From the NCBI GenBank assembly GCA_037443005.1, contig JBBIPE010000002.1:6815-70814 (forward strand): a DNA stretch of 64,000 bases, in the 5' to 3' direction. Positions 59,570 to 64,000 of this stretch are shown one piece after another; the first letter of the stretch is position 1; each line of letters opens with the position of its first letter. A program made the position numbers and the translations under genes. The notes beneath the pieces are model-generated. The model searched no databases. It saw only the letters and a list, made by a program, of their open reading frames with translations, and had not been told where the DNA came from. This DNA is from an archaeon (GTDB lineage Archaea; Nanobdellota; Nanobdellia; Parvarchaeales; Parvarchaeaceae).

Positions 59570-60025
59570 TCAACTAAAAGAGCATTTTTTAGAATAATAA
59601 ATTGAATAGTTCTTACCGGCATTTAAGTTTACTGCCTTAAAAGCAGTGCTGGATGATGTTAAATTTGAGCATTCCTCTCCATAGTTTGAAATTATAGGAT
59701 ATATTATAACAGTGTATGTTCCAGGGGAGGAGGATACACTTATTTGGTTATTAAGGGGATTTGTATAATTTGCACCATTAAATTTTATTGTCCAACTGTA
59801 CACAGAGCTTGAAAAAGGCTGGCATGAAGAACTGCAGTTATAATCAATAAAATTCGTTGTTATGGTTGAGAACTGACCTCCATTAGAGGTTTTTATATAC
59901 TTTGTAAGTCCGCTAAAACTACTGACTATATAGGTTCTTATCGCTGAATCAAATACTAATAGAATAACTATTGCTATTATTGCGGTTATAAGCACCCACA
60001 TACTAAAGTTCATCTGGCCTTTCAT
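59570..60025 (-). CDS. Class III signal peptide (pilin-like) protein
   Basis: MKGQMNFSMWVLITAIIAIVILLVF has a K-G|Q site and a hydrophobic helix, with a Ser/Asn-rich C-terminus containing Cys. It overlaps the upstream methyltransferase gene by 4 nt. Confidence 0.6.
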   Translation of the reverse strand: MKGQMNFSMWVLITAIIAIVILLVFDSAIRTYIVSSFSGLTKYIKTSNGGQFSTITTNFIDYNCSSSCQPFSSSVYSWTIKFNGANYTNPLNNQISVSSSPGTYTVIIYPIISNYGEECSNLTSSSTAFKAVNLNAGKNYSIYYSKKCSFS

Positions 60026-60612
60026 TTAACCACCTTATAAACTAATACAACAGGCAAAGTATAATAGTCTTTTTTGTGGAAATTCTTGCTTTTTCTAATT
60101 TTTATCCCATTTAGCGGCAAAATTGACATGCCATTTAGCTCTGCAAGTTTTCTTATATTCAGGTTATCTTTATACAAAAAAAATAGATTGTCTGATATAC
60201 TCAATGCCTTTTTTATGAATGCAGGTACGCTGAAATTACTTTGGAATCCAAATGGCGGATTAGAAACAGCTATATTATAATGCATGCTTATATCAAACAT
60301 ATCCTTTTCCGCCGAATGCACATTCTTAAGCTCTAATGTATAAATATTCCTTTTGGCTATCTCTATAAGACTTTTGTCTATATCATACATATCTACCTTT
60401 TCTGCACCAAAAAGTGCAGCAGATATACCCAATAATCCGTTTCCACAGCCAAGATCTGCAATAACCTTCCCTTTTATACCGGTTTCTAATTCTATAAAAG
60501 ACATGAATTCATATGCAGTATCAATATCCGTTTCGTACTGCTCAAATTTTAGCTTATTTCCGTTGTTTCTAGCTATTTTGGATATCTCTCTATAAAATTC
60601 ATCTTTTTTCAT
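60022..60612 (-). CDS. METTL5-like (COG2263) N6-adenine RNA methyltransferase
   Basis: VIADLGCGNGLLG SAM motif and SNPPFG catalytic motif, ~196 aa. Confidence 0.7.
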   Translation of the reverse strand: MKKDEFYREISKIARNNGNKLKFEQYETDIDTAYEFMSFIELETGIKGKVIADLGCGNGLLGISAALFGAEKVDMYDIDKSLIEIAKRNIYTLELKNVHSAEKDMFDISMHYNIAVSNPPFGFQSNFSVPAFIKKALSISDNLFFLYKDNLNIRKLAELNGMSILPLNGIKIRKSKNFHKKDYYTLPVVLVYKVVK

Positions 60613-62423
60613 TTTTTTGTCATTTCTGTTGCTATTTCGTATGCATCCTTGGCTTCAAAAGTCGGGCCTAGTCTGTCTTTTAAGTTTATTATCAATGAAT
60701 CTATCTTTTCTAGTTTTCCATCATGCATCAGTTTTTTAACCTCTTCTGATAGTCTGTCCCTACTGACTTTCTCAAGTTTTTTGTCTTCTATTATCTTCTC
60801 AACATCATAAATATCCCCTAGAGCCATGTTTTCCATCAATGCAAGTGCTCCTTCTTTTGTTATCCTCCCGTTTTTTACTTCTTTTATTATTGATTCAATA
60901 GTTTCTGTTTTTATCTCAACACCGAATTTCCTTTTTATGAATTTCCAGTTTTCCACTGCTATTTGTATTATAATCCCAAAATCTATGCCGAGTTTCTTAT
61001 TCATCTCCACAGCTTCATCAAGTTTTCTTGCTGATATAAGCTGATCAAGATATTCATCAGATATACCTAATGATTCTTTTAATGAGTCTACTGTAAGATT
61101 AGCGTATTTTTTGCCTTTTTCCAGGATATCCCTGTTAATATGTACTATCGGCAGGTCCGTTTCAACGTACATCCTATCCTTTCCGCCCATCGGCCTTAGA
61201 AATCTTGTAGTATTATCACTCTGTACTAATCTTACCTCTGATGGAACATCAGCAAGAAGGCTTTTTATTCTTTCTATTATGGTATCAATAACCTTATCTT
61301 CATACCCACTATCACATATTGAAAATAAGAAAGAATCATCTTCCAGGCACCCCAGCTTTTTTGCTATATCTTGTTTTATCTTTTCATTTATACCATAAGC
61401 AGGTAGCTCATCTGAATGTATTATCCCATATCCTAACTTTATCTTTAGATAATCGCTTATTTCTCCGCCAAAGCGCTTTCCCTCGCAGATATAGGTCCCT
61501 AAAAGTCCTTTCATATTAATTAAACGTATTCCCACTATCTTTTTACCTATTTTTATAGCGTTTTTCAAAATATTCGAATCGCTAGTGGAAACTACCTCTT
61601 CTATATTGGAGTAATCCTTTCTTATTCCTTCAGCAAGATATGAGAAGTCTTTTTTAATTTTTATTAAACTTTCCTGTCTTTTAGCCTCATTTAGTATTAC
61701 CTTGTCCATTTCTCTTATGTTCTGGAATCCCTTCAGTTCTACTCTTTTTCCTCCTTCTATGGATAAGTTCACATCCTGTCTTATAGTTCCTATTCCACGT
61801 TTTACATTGAAAAGTCTGGTGAATTTACCAAATTCCATTGCAATGTCTTTGGCTTCATTTTCATCTGTGTCGATTATCCCTGTGGCTATCTCAACTAAAG
61901 GTATACCTATTCTGTCAAGGAAATATGTAATCTGGTTTCCGGCTTCGTTTTCCTTTCTTGCCGAATCCTCCTCAATAGATACAGTATCTATTTTTATATT
62001 CTTATCCCTAAATTTGAATTTTCCATTTACAGCTAATGTAGCGGTCCTCTGAAATCCGGTAGTGTTAGATCCATCAACTATTGTTTTTCTCATAAAAACT
62101 ATATCCTTAAGGATGTAAGTATCAAGCGCACAGGATATATTTACTGCGGTAGATAATGCATCATTGTCAACTTCGTGTGGTGGTTCCTCATCTACATCAA
62201 CCAAACAATCTGTGTCATCAAAGAATTTATACAATATAGTTTTCATCTTCTCTCCTTCAAATTCTGCACTTGTATCTATTCTGCCTTCTTCACCGAATGA
62301 TGGCCTAATTGTTCTTTTTATCTCCTTAAAGTCCTTATCGTCCTTTATCTCGGATTTACATCTACAGAAGAGTTTCCCCGAGTCTATCTGTACATGCCAT
62401 TCAAAACCACACTTTATTTTCAT
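60609..62423 (-). CDS. gatE: Glutamyl-tRNA(Gln) amidotransferase subunit E
   Basis: 604 aa. KCGFEWHVQI N-terminus, GatB/E core, and adjacent to gatD. Confidence 0.9.
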   Translation of the reverse strand: MKIKCGFEWHVQIDSGKLFCRCKSEIKDDKDFKEIKRTIRPSFGEEGRIDTSAEFEGEKMKTILYKFFDDTDCLVDVDEEPPHEVDNDALSTAVNISCALDTYILKDIVFMRKTIVDGSNTTGFQRTATLAVNGKFKFRDKNIKIDTVSIEEDSARKENEAGNQITYFLDRIGIPLVEIATGIIDTDENEAKDIAMEFGKFTRLFNVKRGIGTIRQDVNLSIEGGKRVELKGFQNIREMDKVILNEAKRQESLIKIKKDFSYLAEGIRKDYSNIEEVVSTSDSNILKNAIKIGKKIVGIRLINMKGLLGTYICEGKRFGGEISDYLKIKLGYGIIHSDELPAYGINEKIKQDIAKKLGCLEDDSFLFSICDSGYEDKVIDTIIERIKSLLADVPSEVRLVQSDNTTRFLRPMGGKDRMYVETDLPIVHINRDILEKGKKYANLTVDSLKESLGISDEYLDQLISARKLDEAVEMNKKLGIDFGIIIQIAVENWKFIKRKFGVEIKTETIESIIKEVKNGRITKEGALALMENMALGDIYDVEKIIEDKKLEKVSRDRLSEEVKKLMHDGKLEKIDSLIINLKDRLGPTFEAKDAYEIATEMTKK

Positions 62424-63724
62424 GTTAAAAATTCTCCTATATCACTTCTCTCCTTTTTTTCTCCTGCGATGCTCTTTGTCATTATATTTTTTATATCTTC
62501 AATATCTTTTGTCTGTCCAAGTGCAAACATCATTTTTACGAATGCTGTTTCGGTTGTCATATCACCAACATATATTATATTTTCAAATTTGGATATCTCT
62601 CTAAGAGTACTATAAACAAATTTGTTTGTAGGCCCATAAATTGTCTGAGATGTTATAACTATAGGTATAGCTTTATTCTCAGCGTTTTTAAGTGCAGAAA
62701 CCATAGTTTTATCTTCCAAGGGCAGATTTCCGAAGCCGGTTGCGGAGATAACAATTCCGTGGATTTTACTTTCAATGTAGTAATCTATTATATCTCCACC
62801 CATTGATGGATAGCTATATATCAGCTTTACTTTTTCGTCTATTTTATCGTTTAATTTTGTACAGTCATTTCTTTTTATTATTTCATCTGACAAGTCAGTA
62901 AATTTTCCATCTGTATAAACCTTTGCAAGTGGTTTAATGTTTATTGGCCGGAAAGCGTCTCTTCTTTCCGTATGCATTTTTCTGGCTTTGTTTCCCCTTA
63001 AAATGTAGTTATACTCATCATTTAGGTTAGCATGCATACATATCATTGATTCACCAGCGTCAAAATCTCTTGCTGTCATCGCTGACATAAACAGGTTTGT
63101 TGAAGCGTCAGTTGAACCACGGTCTGTGCTTCTCTGTGAGCCTGTAAATACAACTGGAACAGATAAAGGGTTAAGAAGAAATGATAAGGCGGAGGCTGCA
63201 AAATGCATTGTATCAGTACCACTGGTTACCACAATTCCTTTGCTACCGCTTTTTATGGAGGAATATGCCTCTCTAGCTATATCTATCCAATCGGATGGTA
63301 GCATGTTCTCTGAAAGTTTCTTCATCAGATCGGATATTGCTATACTGCCTATGTTCTTTAAGCCAGGTGATATCTTAAAGTAATAGTCGCTGTTTACAGA
63401 GGGAGAGACTCCGCCGGTTTTATAATCTATCTTTGATGATATTGTTCCACCTGTTGTTATTAATGTAATATCTGCTTTTTCCGTTTTTTTTATTTCTCTT
63501 TCCTCGCTTATCTCCACTTTTCTTGTATTTTCTATAATAGAAAGTTCATCTATTTTGTTTAGCGGCAAGGCAATATCATATCCTGATTTTAGTTTTATTA
63601 TAACAAGTTTTTCCTCTTCTTTTATGAATTCTCCATTGAATATCTGCCCTTCTACTTTTATATCTATCAGGTCTCCAGCTGAAATATTTTTAGTAGTAAT
63701 GTTTTTATTATTCATTATACCCAT
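62420..63724 (-). CDS. gatD: Glutamyl-tRNA(Gln) amidotransferase subunit D (asparaginase-like)
   Basis: ITTGGTISS and VVTSGTDTM asparaginase motifs. It overlaps gatE by 4 nt. Confidence 0.9.
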   Translation of the reverse strand: MGIMNNKNITTKNISAGDLIDIKVEGQIFNGEFIKEEEKLVIIKLKSGYDIALPLNKIDELSIIENTRKVEISEEREIKKTEKADITLITTGGTISSKIDYKTGGVSPSVNSDYYFKISPGLKNIGSIAISDLMKKLSENMLPSDWIDIAREAYSSIKSGSKGIVVTSGTDTMHFAASALSFLLNPLSVPVVFTGSQRSTDRGSTDASTNLFMSAMTARDFDAGESMICMHANLNDEYNYILRGNKARKMHTERRDAFRPINIKPLAKVYTDGKFTDLSDEIIKRNDCTKLNDKIDEKVKLIYSYPSMGGDIIDYYIESKIHGIVISATGFGNLPLEDKTMVSALKNAENKAIPIVITSQTIYGPTNKFVYSTLREISKFENIIYVGDMTTETAFVKMMFALGQTKDIEDIKNIMTKSIAGEKKERSDIGEFLT

Positions 63725-63812
63725 AACTTGTTTTGTGGTTTAATTGTTATATACTTTTTCTTAGGTTTGTTTGCATCTCATCAATAAAGGATGTGGAATT
63801 TCCCGCCACCGT
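63725..63812 (-). repeat. IS left-end-like sequence forming the immediate upstream region of gatD
   Basis: The minus-strand read GGTGGCGGGAAATTCCACATCCTTTA-TTGATGAGATGCAAACAAAC-CTAAGAAAAAGTATATAACAAT-TAAACCACAAAACAAGTT-ATGG is almost fully colinear (a single 1-nt gap just before the ATG) with copy-2 left end GTGAGCGGGAAATCCCACATCCTTTA-GGAGTAGGATGAAAGCGAAC-ATGATAAAAAGCATATAACAAT-GAAATGACAAAATAAAATT-ATGG. By-eye identities per block are 22/26, 11/20 and 18/22. Confidence 0.65.
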
Positions 63813-64000
63813 GTAACTTTTTGCTTTGTTGTTTTAGAATGCTGTGTTAAACAGTATACTTTATTACAATAAGCTTTTTAAACATTGAAAGTATATAGTT
63901 ATTATTTAAATAAATAGAATAAATTTGAATGTTGGGGAACATTCAAATTTTAATCATAACACTGTAAGTTTTGGGATCACTTACTTGTATTTCTTAATAA

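Overview
AT-rich (~1/3 GC by eye), densely packed archaeal chromosome segment with many 1-4 nt gene overlaps. Lineage is inference only: a Sulfolobus/Thermoplasma-type zinc ferredoxin, membrane LonB, split rpoB, intron-containing tRNAs and very many class III (prepilin-like) signal peptides suggest a small-genome, possibly acidophilic, Thermoplasmata- or DPANN/ARMAN-like archaeon. The core content is housekeeping: the RNA polymerase operon rpoH-B''-B'-A'-A'' followed by L30e-nusA-S12-S7, tyrS, thrS, gatD/gatE, ABCE1, rtcB plus archease, thiI, trmI and five tRNAs, two of them tRNA-Leu with introns. DNA repair genes are frequent: rad50-mre11, ogg, nth, mug-like UDG, rnhB and a frameshifted MGMT-like pseudogene. 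Accessory content is (1) a tnpB-only IS200/IS605-type family present as one frameshifted full-length copy, one internally deleted MITE-like copy, one 5' fragment and two solo ends, one of which forms the leader of gatDE; (2) at least seven pilin-like or class III signal peptide genes and a large repeat-built surface protein; (3) a cluster of two Walker-A-degenerate KaiC/RecA-like proteins, one fused to a small Ras-like GTPase, plus a Roadblock/LC7 (MglB-like) protein just downstream of pilin-like genes, which I rate the best candidate for an undescribed system; (4) an endonuclease IV-like TIM barrel carrying a ~200-aa coiled-coil insertion and a Tyr/Gly/Ser-rich tail, coupled to a nucleotidyltransferase. 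I saw no CRISPR array or rRNA. All homology calls come from motif recognition by eye, not from database searches.
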